From Ructibacterium sp. (GTDB lineage Bacteria; Bacillota; Clostridia; Monoglobales; Monoglobaceae), in the NCBI GenBank assembly GCA_045659345.1, contig JAZOWR010000226.1, positions 1-40,075 of the forward strand: a stretch of 40,075 nucleotides of DNA, read 5' to 3'. Shown piece by piece: positions 16,958-27,100 of this stretch. Made by a program: the position numbers and the translations under genes. Positions within the stretch are counted from its first letter, which is position 1. Each line of letters starts with the position of its first letter. The notes below the pieces were generated by a model. That model had not been told where the DNA came from, did no database searches, and saw only the letters and a list, made by a program, of their open reading frames with translations.

Positions 16958-17020
16958 ATATTTAATATAATATATTTCAAAAAAATTGTAAATATTTTTT
17001 CTGATTTTTTTACAAAAAAA

Positions 17021-17051
17021 GTGGCGGGAAATAAAACCGACATTATGAGTA
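17021..17051 (+). promoter_or_regulatory. Conserved 30-bp motif copy 2 (putative late promoter, capsid operon)
   Basis: GTGGCGGGAAATAAAACCGACATTATGAGTA. Confidence 0.7.
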
Positions 17052-17261
17052 AAAATAAAGCTGGCAGTTGTTTTTATGGAAAACAGATAAAAATACATGA
17101 TTAACAACAGTTTAGCTATGTCGAAAAGTAAAGACCCGAAAAAAGAATAGCAAAACGCGATAATCCTCTGTGACCCGTTGAATATTTTTTGCTCCGGACA
17201 ATCTTGAAAAAACAAAACAAGAATAAGGGTAAAACAACAACAACAGAAGGATTTATTAACT

Positions 17262-18164
17262 ATGCCCTCAGAACTCTATCCCACTATTGATCTGACTTGG
17301 ATCATCACCTACGAAGCTAACCTCCGTCATGCCCTTCAGCAGCAGGACAGCAAATTTGCCGCCGCAGTTATGAGCGGTACTATGGAAGGCGAAAAACGCC
17401 GCTTCACCTACACCGGCAAATCTGAAATGCATGAAGTCACCAAACGCCTTGAAAAGACTGTCTGGAATGACGTTGACTACTTCAGCCGCTGGGCTTTCAT
17501 GCGCACTTTCACCGATGCATGGATGTTTGACCGCAACGAAGATGTCAAGAAAATGCTGACTGACCCGCAGTCTGACCGTTTGCTGTCTGCAGTTTATGCC
17601 GCACGCCGTAAAAAAGATGAGGTTATCATTGAGGCTTTTGACAAGGTTGCCAAAACCGGCAAAAACGCTGAAACTGAAGTTCCTTTCAACGCTGAAAAAC
17701 AGGAAATCGGTGTGCGCTTCAATGCTTCATCCAATACCGGTTTGACTCTGGATAAGCTCCATGAACTCCGCGCCCGTTTCGATGAGTCAGAAGTCAATCC
17801 CAATGATCCGCAGTTCATCACTGTTTCTCCGCGCGTTCTTCAGGACTTGCTCAAGAATACTGAACTCAAGAGTGCTGATTACAATACCGTCAAGGCTCTT
17901 TACGAAGGTGATGTTACTCACTTTATGGGGTTTGAATTCATCAAGTCTAACATGCTGCCTATCAATGAAGGTGTCCGCAGCTGTTATGCTTGGAGCAAAT
18001 CAGCTATGCAGCTTGCTATTTCAACTGAAATTCATCTGCTCGGTCCCGTTCCTCATCCCGATTACAACATGAATAACGCCTTTGAAGTGGAAATGGCTTG
18101 TGATGCAACACGCCTCTATGACGACTGCGTATTCAGAATCCAGTGCCAGGAACAGAACGCATAA
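17262..18164 (+). CDS. Major capsid protein
   Basis: LQQQDSK, TDPQS...A.YAARRKKDEVII, SADYNTVKAL..G....FMGFEFI and DATR motifs of podovirus HK97-fold capsids; followed by a strong terminator. Confidence 0.88.
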   Translation: MPSELYPTIDLTWIITYEANLRHALQQQDSKFAAAVMSGTMEGEKRRFTYTGKSEMHEVTKRLEKTVWNDVDYFSRWAFMRTFTDAWMFDRNEDVKKMLTDPQSDRLLSAVYAARRKKDEVIIEAFDKVAKTGKNAETEVPFNAEKQEIGVRFNASSNTGLTLDKLHELRARFDESEVNPNDPQFITVSPRVLQDLLKNTELKSADYNTVKALYEGDVTHFMGFEFIKSNMLPINEGVRSCYAWSKSAMQLAISTEIHLLGPVPHPDYNMNNAFEVEMACDATRLYDDCVFRIQCQEQNA

Positions 18165-18174
18165 TTAAGTATTT

Positions 18175-18261
18175 CCGTTTCAGCGGAGCGCATTTTAATC
18201 TCCTTCTGAGTTTTCTTCCTCCTCAGTTTGTTTCCATGCTCCGCTGAAGCGGTTTTTTTTT
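18175..18261 (+). terminator. Post-capsid terminator with a long stem and CU-rich internal loop
   Basis: CCGTTTCAGCGGAGC (18175-18189) / GCTCCGCTGAAGCGG (18238-18252) plus T9. Confidence 0.75.
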
Positions 18262-18275
18262 GAAAGGATTTTTTA

Positions 18276-18833
18276 ATGACGAAAATTGACTTTTTCAATG
18301 ACGCTTTGCTTAAAGTCGGTTCACAGCTGGAAATAACCGGTGACGGTGACGACAGCCAGGAGTACCGCATTTGCGAACGGGTGTACAAAAGAGCGTTGAG
18401 AGAGGTATATTCTCTCTATCCCTGGCATTGCTGCAGAAGATTTAAGAAATTAAATGAATATATCAAATGCGACCATATCAAATTTGCCAACAAATTCAGC
18501 TTGCCGACAGATTTTCTTGTGCTTGCCGAAGTCGAACCCGCAAGAGTACCGTATGAAATTATCGGAGATGAATTCTATTCAAATCTCGAAGAGGTTCAAA
18601 TCGGTTATACTGCCTTCATCGAAAATCTTTCTATGCTGCAGGTGCATGTCTATAATTGCGCGGTCTCCAGATTGGCAACTCTGATATTGCCGGGTTTGGC
18701 AAAGGGTTCATACAACATCAAAGACAGTATGCTGAATGAATTCTACAATATCGACATTGTTAACGCAAAACGAATAGAGGTTGCGGAAAATGCCGTTAGA
18801 CCTCCTGCTCAATGGTGGATAAATGAAGAATGA
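18276..18833 (+). CDS. Tail tubular protein A / head-tail adaptor (T7 gp11-like)
   Basis: MTKIDFFNDALLKVG...YPW...FSLPTDFL pattern. Confidence 0.8.
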   Translation: MTKIDFFNDALLKVGSQLEITGDGDDSQEYRICERVYKRALREVYSLYPWHCCRRFKKLNEYIKCDHIKFANKFSLPTDFLVLAEVEPARVPYEIIGDEFYSNLEEVQIGYTAFIENLSMLQVHVYNCAVSRLATLILPGLAKGSYNIKDSMLNEFYNIDIVNAKRIEVAENAVRPPAQWWINEE

Positions 18834-19236
18834 TTTAAATGTCAGACTTTACAAAAATGAGGATTATGGAATTGTTCAGGAGTGGTACATGGCAAGAGGT
18901 TTGCCTCCGCTGCCGTCAGAATATATTACATGTCCGTCAATCTGGGTGACAAGAGAAAACGGCGAAAAGCTTTTGCTGCTTGTTGTGTATCTTGTTGAAA
19001 ATGCGCCCGTTGCTTCTATAGGTTGGGCTGTCGGTAATCCTGACCTTAAACCGAAAGAAATGTATATGGCGATGGACCGCGGTTTGGATGCGATAACATA
19101 CATTTGCGAAAAGCAGGGTGTCAAACTTCTGTATTCGCATTTGGCGCGGTTCTCCCGCTCCAAGATGCTCGACAAATACGGTTTTGCTAAATGTGAAAAA
19201 AATGTTTATGAAAGGATGAAGGTATGGGAGAATTAG
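18823..19236 (+). CDS. GNAT-like virion morphogenesis protein
   Basis: VRLY...DY..VQEW start and LDKYGF C-terminal motif; lies among tail/ejection genes. Confidence 0.5.
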   Translation: MKNDLNVRLYKNEDYGIVQEWYMARGLPPLPSEYITCPSIWVTRENGEKLLLLVVYLVENAPVASIGWAVGNPDLKPKEMYMAMDRGLDAITYICEKQGVKLLYSHLARFSRSKMLDKYGFAKCEKNVYERMKVWEN

Positions 19237-19865
19237 CTGCTATATTGACTGCCGGCGGTGCTATCGCCGGTAGTGTACTTGGTGGTACTCTTGGCGCAGG
19301 TGGTGCTATCGCTGAAGGTGAAGCAAAGGCTTGGCAAGCAGGAGTCAACGCTCAAAACGCTGATGATAATGCTAAACTGCAGATAAAAAATGCCAAAATG
19401 CAGGAGCAGCTTACCAAAATTCAGGTTGCGGCTCAAAATGCTGAAACTAATGCTGCAGTTGATGCTGTGCGGCGGAATAATGCTGCAATCATGGCGCAAA
19501 ACAGAGCTGAAGCGGGTTCCATGGGGATTGATATAACCGGCTCTCCGATGATGCTTGCTATTGATAATGCCGAAAATGCGGAACTTGAAGCATTGGAGAC
19601 TCAGCGCGCCGGAAGGAATAAGGCGATTGCTCTGCAATATGAAGGTGATATTCAGACTTATAATTTTTTGCAGGCGGCACGCCAGTCGCAGAAAGAGGCT
19701 CAGAATTACAGAATTCAGCAGCAGTTCATCAAAACTTCAACAGTATTCAATGCGATAGGAGCAGGAACGCAAGGTGCGGCTACAGGATTTAAGACGGGCA
19801 GTGCGGTCGGAAGTGCTTTCGGTGGAAGTATGGGAGGACTCTTGCCGGGAGGTTTGGGCGTATGA
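19224..19865 (+). CDS. Internal virion (ejection) protein, T7 gp14-like
   Basis: Gly/Ala-rich hydrophobic termini, central coiled coil, AGSMGIDITGSP motif. Confidence 0.7.
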   Translation: MGELAAILTAGGAIAGSVLGGTLGAGGAIAEGEAKAWQAGVNAQNADDNAKLQIKNAKMQEQLTKIQVAAQNAETNAAVDAVRRNNAAIMAQNRAEAGSMGIDITGSPMMLAIDNAENAELEALETQRAGRNKAIALQYEGDIQTYNFLQAARQSQKEAQNYRIQQQFIKTSTVFNAIGAGTQGAATGFKTGSAVGSAFGGSMGGLLPGGLGV

Positions 19866-22105
19866 TTAAGAATAATTTCAACGGCGGTATTTTCGGTAAG
19901 CAGTTGCGATACAGAGCTGACCTCGAAAAATATATGTCAAGTGTGGCTGAACTGGAAAATTTCCTTGTGCTTCCTTACGGCGGAATAGAAAATAGACCTG
20001 GTACGGTAATGCTGAAGCAATATCCCGCCGATTCTGATATCAGACTGGTGACTTTTCAGTTCAATAACAATGAGAGGTTTATTCTGGCTTTCTCGAAAAA
20101 TCACCTCGATATTTTTAATGCTGCTGATAATTCTCTCTCTGCAGAGCTTGATGTGATTTTCGGTAATGTATGGAATTTGAGTTTTGAACAGAAAAATGAT
20201 ATAATCTGGATTACGTCTCCTGATTATTTCCCGAAAACACTGAAACGCTTCAGTGATAAAAACTGGGATGTTGAAGACTTTCAAATGAAAAATATTCCAT
20301 TTACAGATAATATGGACTCTGAATTGGAATTTGAGTTGGAAATACAAAATGTCGAAAATGTCGATATAACTTGCAATCAGAATTTTTTCACTGAAAAAAT
20401 GGTCGGAGCAATCATCAGAATATATTCCAATCGAACCAATATGTCCGTCAAAAAAACATTTACAGCAGACGGAAACAGTGATTCTCTTGAAATATTCCGT
20501 ACATGGAGACTGCTGTCAAGCGGAACATGGGTCGGAACCGTATATCTGGAACGCTCATTTGACTCCGGTGAAACATGGGAAACTTACAGGCAGTATCAAT
20601 CCAACGCCAATAATAACATTGACGATTCAGGATATGAAGAAGAGTTCAGAGTTCTGTACCGCTGCCGTCTTGAAGGTTGGGAAAAAGCTCCTTCCGGAGA
20701 AGAATATCAATGCAGAATAACATTGTCAATGGATGACAGCGAAACATTCAATGACGCAAAAATCAAGGAATTTTTAAATAATAATACTGTCCGCTGTGAA
20801 ATGTTGGGAACTTTTAACGGAGGTACTAAAACTTCATATTGGGCTCTTTCTTCGTGGAACGGGGAATGGGGTTTTCCTAAGGTGGTATCATTCACCAGCG
20901 GTGACAGGCTTGCTTTCGCCAACACCAAGCATGAACCGCAGACAATCTGGATGAGTCAGGTTTCCAATTACAACAACTTTTTCAATGATACTCAAGCGGA
21001 CTCTGCGATAAGTTGGTCTATTATTACCAATTTGTACAATGAAATCAACTGGATTTTGAACAGCAAACAGCTTTTGCTCGGTATGTCAAATGAAATCGGG
21101 GCAATAGCCGGAAAAGACAAAAACAAGGCTCTCACCATTGACAACCGTGAATATTCTGCACAAATTGAAATTGCGGCTTCTGAAATACCTCCGATTAAGG
21201 TTAATGAATCGTTGCTTTTGCTCAAGCGCGGAAAAAAGGCTTTGCTTGAGCTGGCTTACAACTATGACGCAGACGGTTTTGTCGCTCCCAATCTGTCGCT
21301 TGCCGCTCCTGAATTGCTGAAATCAGGTGTTCGCCAGATGGCTTTTCAGGAACAGCCTTATCCTCTGGTATGGCTAATTACAGCTGACGGCAACTGTGCA
21401 AGTTTTACCTACAACAAGGCTGAAAGTGTGATGGCGTGGGCAAAACATACAACCAACGGTGAATATTTATCTGTTTGTTCGGCTGCAAGCAATACTGAAG
21501 ATGATGATGTATTTTTTGCCGTTCGCCGCAAAAACGGCGTTTTCATTGAGAAAATGGCAAAAAGAACAGATGATGATATTGAGCAGATGATTTTTACGGA
21601 TTGCTCAATTCGTGTTATTTCCGAAAACGGAACGGCAAGCATATCTGAATTGACTGTTCCGCATTTGGCTGATATGGATGTGGTCTGTCTGCTTGACGGT
21701 TCTCCTGCTGAACTTACAGCAGATGAGAATGGCAGAATTATTCTGCCGTATGCTTGCAGTAATGTTCTTGCAGGTTTGCCGTATCAGAGTTATATGGCGT
21801 CTCTGCCGTTTGAGATGATGAACGGTACTCAGTCAACTCTCGCCCAAAAGAAAACAGCGCAGAATATCATTGTCAAGTTTTATAATTCTGTCGGCGGTGA
21901 ATTTTCGCTTGACGGCATTCATTACAGTCAGGTCATCAGCCGCAGGACTTCAGATGTTCTCGGTGCTGCAGTATTGCCTGAATCATACACTGCTGAATTG
22001 TTATTGCGGTCAACGTATCAATATGAAACTGTTTTGCATTGCAGGCAGACTGCGCCGCTGCCTCTGACAATATTGGCGTATGAGCTTGATATAATGCAGA
22101 GTTGA
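19862..22105 (+). CDS. Tail tubular protein B / nozzle (T7 gp12-like)
   Basis: NNFNGG...LENF.VLPYGG...RPGT, RLAFA....PQTIWMS, AWAKH and PLPLTILA motifs; 747 aa. Confidence 0.88.
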   Translation: MIKNNFNGGIFGKQLRYRADLEKYMSSVAELENFLVLPYGGIENRPGTVMLKQYPADSDIRLVTFQFNNNERFILAFSKNHLDIFNAADNSLSAELDVIFGNVWNLSFEQKNDIIWITSPDYFPKTLKRFSDKNWDVEDFQMKNIPFTDNMDSELEFELEIQNVENVDITCNQNFFTEKMVGAIIRIYSNRTNMSVKKTFTADGNSDSLEIFRTWRLLSSGTWVGTVYLERSFDSGETWETYRQYQSNANNNIDDSGYEEEFRVLYRCRLEGWEKAPSGEEYQCRITLSMDDSETFNDAKIKEFLNNNTVRCEMLGTFNGGTKTSYWALSSWNGEWGFPKVVSFTSGDRLAFANTKHEPQTIWMSQVSNYNNFFNDTQADSAISWSIITNLYNEINWILNSKQLLLGMSNEIGAIAGKDKNKALTIDNREYSAQIEIAASEIPPIKVNESLLLLKRGKKALLELAYNYDADGFVAPNLSLAAPELLKSGVRQMAFQEQPYPLVWLITADGNCASFTYNKAESVMAWAKHTTNGEYLSVCSAASNTEDDDVFFAVRRKNGVFIEKMAKRTDDDIEQMIFTDCSIRVISENGTASISELTVPHLADMDVVCLLDGSPAELTADENGRIILPYACSNVLAGLPYQSYMASLPFEMMNGTQSTLAQKKTAQNIIVKFYNSVGGEFSLDGIHYSQVISRRTSDVLGAAVLPESYTAELLLRSTYQYETVLHCRQTAPLPLTILAYELDIMQS

Positions 22106-22112
22106 GGTCAGT

Positions 22113-22619
22113 ATGATTGAATGGGATAAAATTGAAGGCTGGTCGGGATTAAACTTGAGGCAGAAAGAGTTTATTCTGGCGTACATCAAAACAAAAAACG
22201 GTGCAGAAGCGGCGCGAACTGCCGGGTATGCGGTAAAAACTGCCGCAAAAACAGCTTCAACTCTGCTCAAAAATTCTGCAGTCCGCAAGGTGATGATTGC
22301 TGTACAGAATGCGCTCTGGGATGATGAAGCATTGTCACTCAATGAAGCAAAAGCTATCCTTGCACGCAAAGCACGCGCCAACATTGCAGATGTGCTTGAC
22401 GCGTTCGGTAATGTCAGTGCGCAGCTCGTCAAGGAAAATCCCCACGCTGTGGCTTCTTATTCAATTATCGAAGGTGAAGAGGGAACATCTTATAATGTCA
22501 GAGCGGCTGACCAGATAAAAGCGATTGAACTTGCTATGAAACTTGACGGTCATCTCGACAAAAAAGAGGACAAAAATGTTACAGTCGGCGGTATAAAAAT
22601 AGTAATGGAAGGAATTTAA
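22113..22619 (+). CDS. terS: Terminase small subunit
   Basis: LNLRQKEFILAY...NGAEAARTAGYAVKTA...ASTLLKN and DQIKAIELAMK (Terminase_2-like). Confidence 0.85.
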   Translation: MIEWDKIEGWSGLNLRQKEFILAYIKTKNGAEAARTAGYAVKTAAKTASTLLKNSAVRKVMIAVQNALWDDEALSLNEAKAILARKARANIADVLDAFGNVSAQLVKENPHAVASYSIIEGEEGTSYNVRAADQIKAIELAMKLDGHLDKKEDKNVTVGGIKIVMEGI

Positions 22620-22620
22620 G

Positions 22621-24126
22621 ATGCAAAGAATTACAGAAAAAAGAATTAATAACAGTAACCTTGCTCCGTCAAAAATTGCGGTTCAGGAGAATACTTTCCG
22701 CTCCAATGCGGCAAATGCTCTGGATATGTCAGGGTTGATGAAAGGTTTTAATGCCGTTGCTGATTTTGCTGAATTTATCGCCAGTGAGAAAGAAAAAGAA
22801 AATCAGGAAATGGACAGACTGGCTGATATCAAGTTAAATTCAATTCTTAAATCTGAACGGGAAAACGCAGATATGCAGCTTGAAGGTGTTCCGCTTTCGC
22901 AGATGAACGATAAAATCTCTTCCATCAGAGGCAATTTCAGTGCCAATGTTCAAAAGAAACTTGAAGGCGTTCCGATGACTGACCGCATGCGTCAATATGT
23001 CAATGCCAGATTGAGTGCTGCAGATGAAGCCCTCAATGTACATTTGAACCATCAGATGAAGCGGCGGGAGGTGACATATATTGTCAATGAAAATTCAAAA
23101 ATGCTTCATGACGCTCTCAATAACGGTGAATATTCAGTTGCTCTGGCGCAGAACAAAAAACTTGCCGACCTCGGAGTTCCGACTAAATATTCCGATGCTG
23201 ATATCAAAAGTGCGTGTACTGCTGTGAATTTGCAGAAAGAATTTAATGTCAATAATTTTTCGCAACTTGAAAACTTGCAGAAAACAGACTCTGACGGCAA
23301 TTATACTGAATACAAAGAACTCAAACAGACTGACCGCATGAGACTTATCAGCCAGGGAAAACAACAGCAGAATGCAGACTACAATAACCGGATAATTGAC
23401 TATGCAAAAATAATTCCGCAATTTGATAATCTGGAGGTAGCTATGGCTGACCTTGAAAAACAAAAAGATTATTTGCCTGAGCAGGTTTATGCGGGCATGA
23501 AAAATATGCTTGCAAAATCGGTTAATGCACGCGATAAAGATAAGGGGGATAATCTTATTGCTGAATTGTATTTGCGTGAAACAGAAATTAAAGCTATGGA
23601 TAATTCCGAAAAAGAAGCAGAATTCAAAAAACAGCTGGGGCGTTTAAATAACCTTCATTTATCTGCTTCTGACAGGTTGGCGAAAATTAAAACAATGAAT
23701 ACTTTTTTTCGTCCTGAAACTGAAAAGCAGAATATCAAATACCGTGACAGCTTCCAATACAAACTTGCCATGTCGATTATTGAGGAAAATAAAGACAGTT
23801 TTACTTATGAAGATAATTCAATATGGCGGAATAAATCAGATATTAAATCCGCTAATTACGGCATGGCAAAAATGAAAACAGATGAATTTATTAAAAATAA
23901 TCCCAATGCGACTGAATCGGATATACGTAAATTTATTGATGATATGAAAAATCAGATTAACAATACAAAACAGCAGGATTTGATAAGTGCATGGCAGAAT
24001 TACAATATTCCTGATTTGTCTGTGAAAGATAAAATACAGACTAATGCAAAAGAGGAACGCCGTTCAATCAATGGCAGAATTGCAATTTTTGATGAAAATA
24101 AAAAGTTTATCCGCTGGGAGAAATAA
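22621..24126 (+). CDS. Internal virion (ejection) protein, gp15-like position
   Basis: 501-aa helical protein immediately before the giant ejection-type protein. Confidence 0.55.
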   Translation: MQRITEKRINNSNLAPSKIAVQENTFRSNAANALDMSGLMKGFNAVADFAEFIASEKEKENQEMDRLADIKLNSILKSERENADMQLEGVPLSQMNDKISSIRGNFSANVQKKLEGVPMTDRMRQYVNARLSAADEALNVHLNHQMKRREVTYIVNENSKMLHDALNNGEYSVALAQNKKLADLGVPTKYSDADIKSACTAVNLQKEFNVNNFSQLENLQKTDSDGNYTEYKELKQTDRMRLISQGKQQQNADYNNRIIDYAKIIPQFDNLEVAMADLEKQKDYLPEQVYAGMKNMLAKSVNARDKDKGDNLIAELYLRETEIKAMDNSEKEAEFKKQLGRLNNLHLSASDRLAKIKTMNTFFRPETEKQNIKYRDSFQYKLAMSIIEENKDSFTYEDNSIWRNKSDIKSANYGMAKMKTDEFIKNNPNATESDIRKFIDDMKNQINNTKQQDLISAWQNYNIPDLSVKDKIQTNAKEERRSINGRIAIFDENKKFIRWEK

Positions 24127-24128
24127 AT

Positions 24129-27100
24129 ATGAATGATATTATTCCGAAGTATGAAGATACAGAACCTGTAAATCAGGATAGTTATATTCCGAAGTATGAA
24201 GATACAAAACCGGCTGAAAATGTTTTTTTCTCTCCGACAAAGAGAAATTATGCGGCATTATCAAAGGCTTTTACTTCTGAAAATCCTCTTGACTTTATTG
24301 ACGATGAAAAAGTCCGCAAGGATCTCGATTTTGTTATTTCTCAAGCTGAAAATCCCGATGAAGAACGCCGCAAATGGGCGTTGGCTGCATACTTCTCTCA
24401 AATGCAGATGAAAGATTTGAATTTCTGCCACGGCAATCTGGACGGATTGATTGCCAGATATAATAACGGTCAGCCTCAGTCTGTAGATGCTGCATACAAA
24501 TTTATTCAGGAATTATTCACAGTTCAGAAGCAGGGGGAAGGCAACACCGGCAATGCTGCAAAAGCCGGTTTTGCTCAACTCGGTAAACGGGCTGCTGATA
24601 TAGGCTGGACATTGACGAAACTCCTTATGTTCAATCCTGTAGAAATTGAGAACCAGAGAATGTTTCTTGATGAAAAATCAAAAGCCGCTTTCGATAAAGG
24701 TTTTGAAGAACTAAAAAAAAGTGTTGATGAACGGCACAAAGATACCAGAGGGTATTATCAGGATGTTTATGACAAAAATGCCTATCTTGCCACGGATGAA
24801 AATTGGTTTTACAGATGGAACAACGGGAGATGGTTCAGAAATGCTTTCAATGCTTTTGTGATGTCTGCTCCGGATATGGCATTGCAGTTGACTGCCGCTA
24901 AATTTATGGGACCTGCTGTTTTTGCCGCAACGATAGGAACAACTTCAGCAGTTGAGAAATATTATGACAACTCTGAAAATTCCAATATGACCGAAGAACA
25001 GCGGGTGCAAAATGCTATAATGACCGGTGCAATCAATTCCGGTGCGGCTTGGCTGCTCGGCAGTATGGTAAAAGGTAAAGTTCCATTCCTTAATAGAATT
25101 CAGTTCAAAAATGAAATGGCAAAATATATCACATATTTTGCTTCGGCATACGGCAGTGAATTTACACAGGAAGCGGCTGAACAGCTTGCTGAAAATGCCC
25201 TTGATTTGCATACCGGAGTTTACGGCGATGTTAATAAAATCTCTCCTGCTGATTACAGCAAAAAATTATGGAACGGCGTATTGGAAAGCGGTTTTATCGG
25301 CGGTGCCCCCGGTGCCGGTGGTGCAGCTCTCGGCTTTAAAGCATTCAAGCAGAATCTGCAATACCGTAATCAGGTTGTTGCCAATTTGGAAAATGCCAAA
25401 CAGGAAATTTTGAACTCTGAAAATCTGACTGATACGCAAAAAGCGGCTGCTGCAAAAATTGATATTCTGCTCGATGCAGGAAATATCAATGATATGGCGG
25501 CTGCAGCACAGGCTCTCGCAGAAGTAAAATCTATCCGGGAGGAGGAACAGCAGCAGAAATTTGAAGATATGCCCTATGAACAGCAAATAGAGATAAATTC
25601 TGCTGAATCAGAGGAAAATATCCAGTTGCGCAAAATGCTGAAATTCAATCCGCAGGACACTATTGATGAAGCCAATGCACTTGCAGAGAATTTTAATGAT
25701 GTTGACTTGCATATTTTTAATACTCCTGAAGAATTACCCGCTGAAATCCTGTCGCAAATTGAGCATGACGGCATTGATCAGAATCGTGTCCGTGCATGGA
25801 TTGATATGAATAATATGCACGATGTTTATCTTGTTGCCTCCAATGTACGCCCGTCAGATGTCGGCAGAACTCTCGGACATGAAATTATCGGACACAAAGG
25901 ATTGCGATCAGTTTTCGGGGAAAACTTCAATACGATACTTGACAGTGTTTATAATTCCCACGCAGAGGAAATAATTAATTATGCCAGGACATATAACCGC
26001 GATACTGAAACAATCGCAAATCGCCGTTATCTGACGGAGGAATTTCTGTCTGATTGTGCAGATTTGAAAGTCAAACCGTCATGGTGGAAAGAGTTTATTG
26101 CCTCGCTCCGTCAGATGTTGCGGCGTATTTTCCCGAAAATGCGTATCTCCGATGCAGATATCAACGGCTGGCTCTCAAAGGCTCACCGTGCAGTGCAGCA
26201 GCAGTCTGCAGTTGTCAAGAAAAACTTGACAACTGAAAATGTAAGGTATGCATTATTTGATAATATTGATAAACGCACTCCTGTATTAAACGCTTTACAG
26301 AAAATAGCTGCTGGAAGTGAAGAGGAAACTGTTTCAAATTTGAGAAATGACCTTGAACAGTTCGGCGGTACAAATGATATTACTTTTTATTGGGGCAATG
26401 AAAAAAAAGGAATTTATCATATAGCATACAGACGTGGTATTGATACTCTTTTTCATGTAATTGATACAGTTGCAGATGGTAAAATAAACAGATTTGTTGA
26501 AGGGAATAAAACTGTTATACTTGAAAAAGATGGTTATGAAGCTGTTTTAGCGTTAACAGAGTATAATAAACAAAAAAGCTGGCTTTTAACCGGCTGGAAA
26601 ACAAATGAACCGGATGAAATCAGCGAGGTTAGTACTCAATCTGATCCTACGCAACTCAAGCCTACGTTTAGTCGTCAGGAGTTGGGTGCCGGTCTTAAAG
26701 AGATAATATCACAACTTCCGGAAAAGTCAAGCAGAAATTCAGAAAAAATGCGTTTTTCTGTTGCGCCGCAGGTCGATACTCCGGAATTTAAAAACTGGTT
26801 CGGTGATTCAAAAGTCGTCGATGAGAACGGTGACCCGCTCGTTGTGTATCATGGGACAAATGCTGATTTCAATATTTTTGATACTGAAAAATTCGGGCTG
26901 TGGGATAATGGTAGCAAATTCAAAATTAACGGCGTGGACGAAAACGGCAAACTAAAAATTGAGTCAATAAAAGATGAGGGATTTTTCTTTTCGTCAAAAA
27001 AGCAAAATGCAGAGGCTCATTCCGAAGGTGCGGCTGAAATGGCAGGCGGTTCTCCCCGTGTAATTTCTGCTTATTTGAACGCTAAAAAACCATTGATTGT

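Noticed and set aside
16946-17104. 52-codon ORF after GGAGG-TTG-ATG
   Set aside because: It runs through AT-rich promoter DNA and motif copy 2 with low-complexity composition. It was kept only as part of the RNA-switch hypothesis.
24140-24206. 22-bp direct repeat (IPKYEDT x2) at the start of the giant protein
   Set aside because: A simple intragenic duplication of the kind common at ejection-protein N-termini, with no evidence for a separate function.
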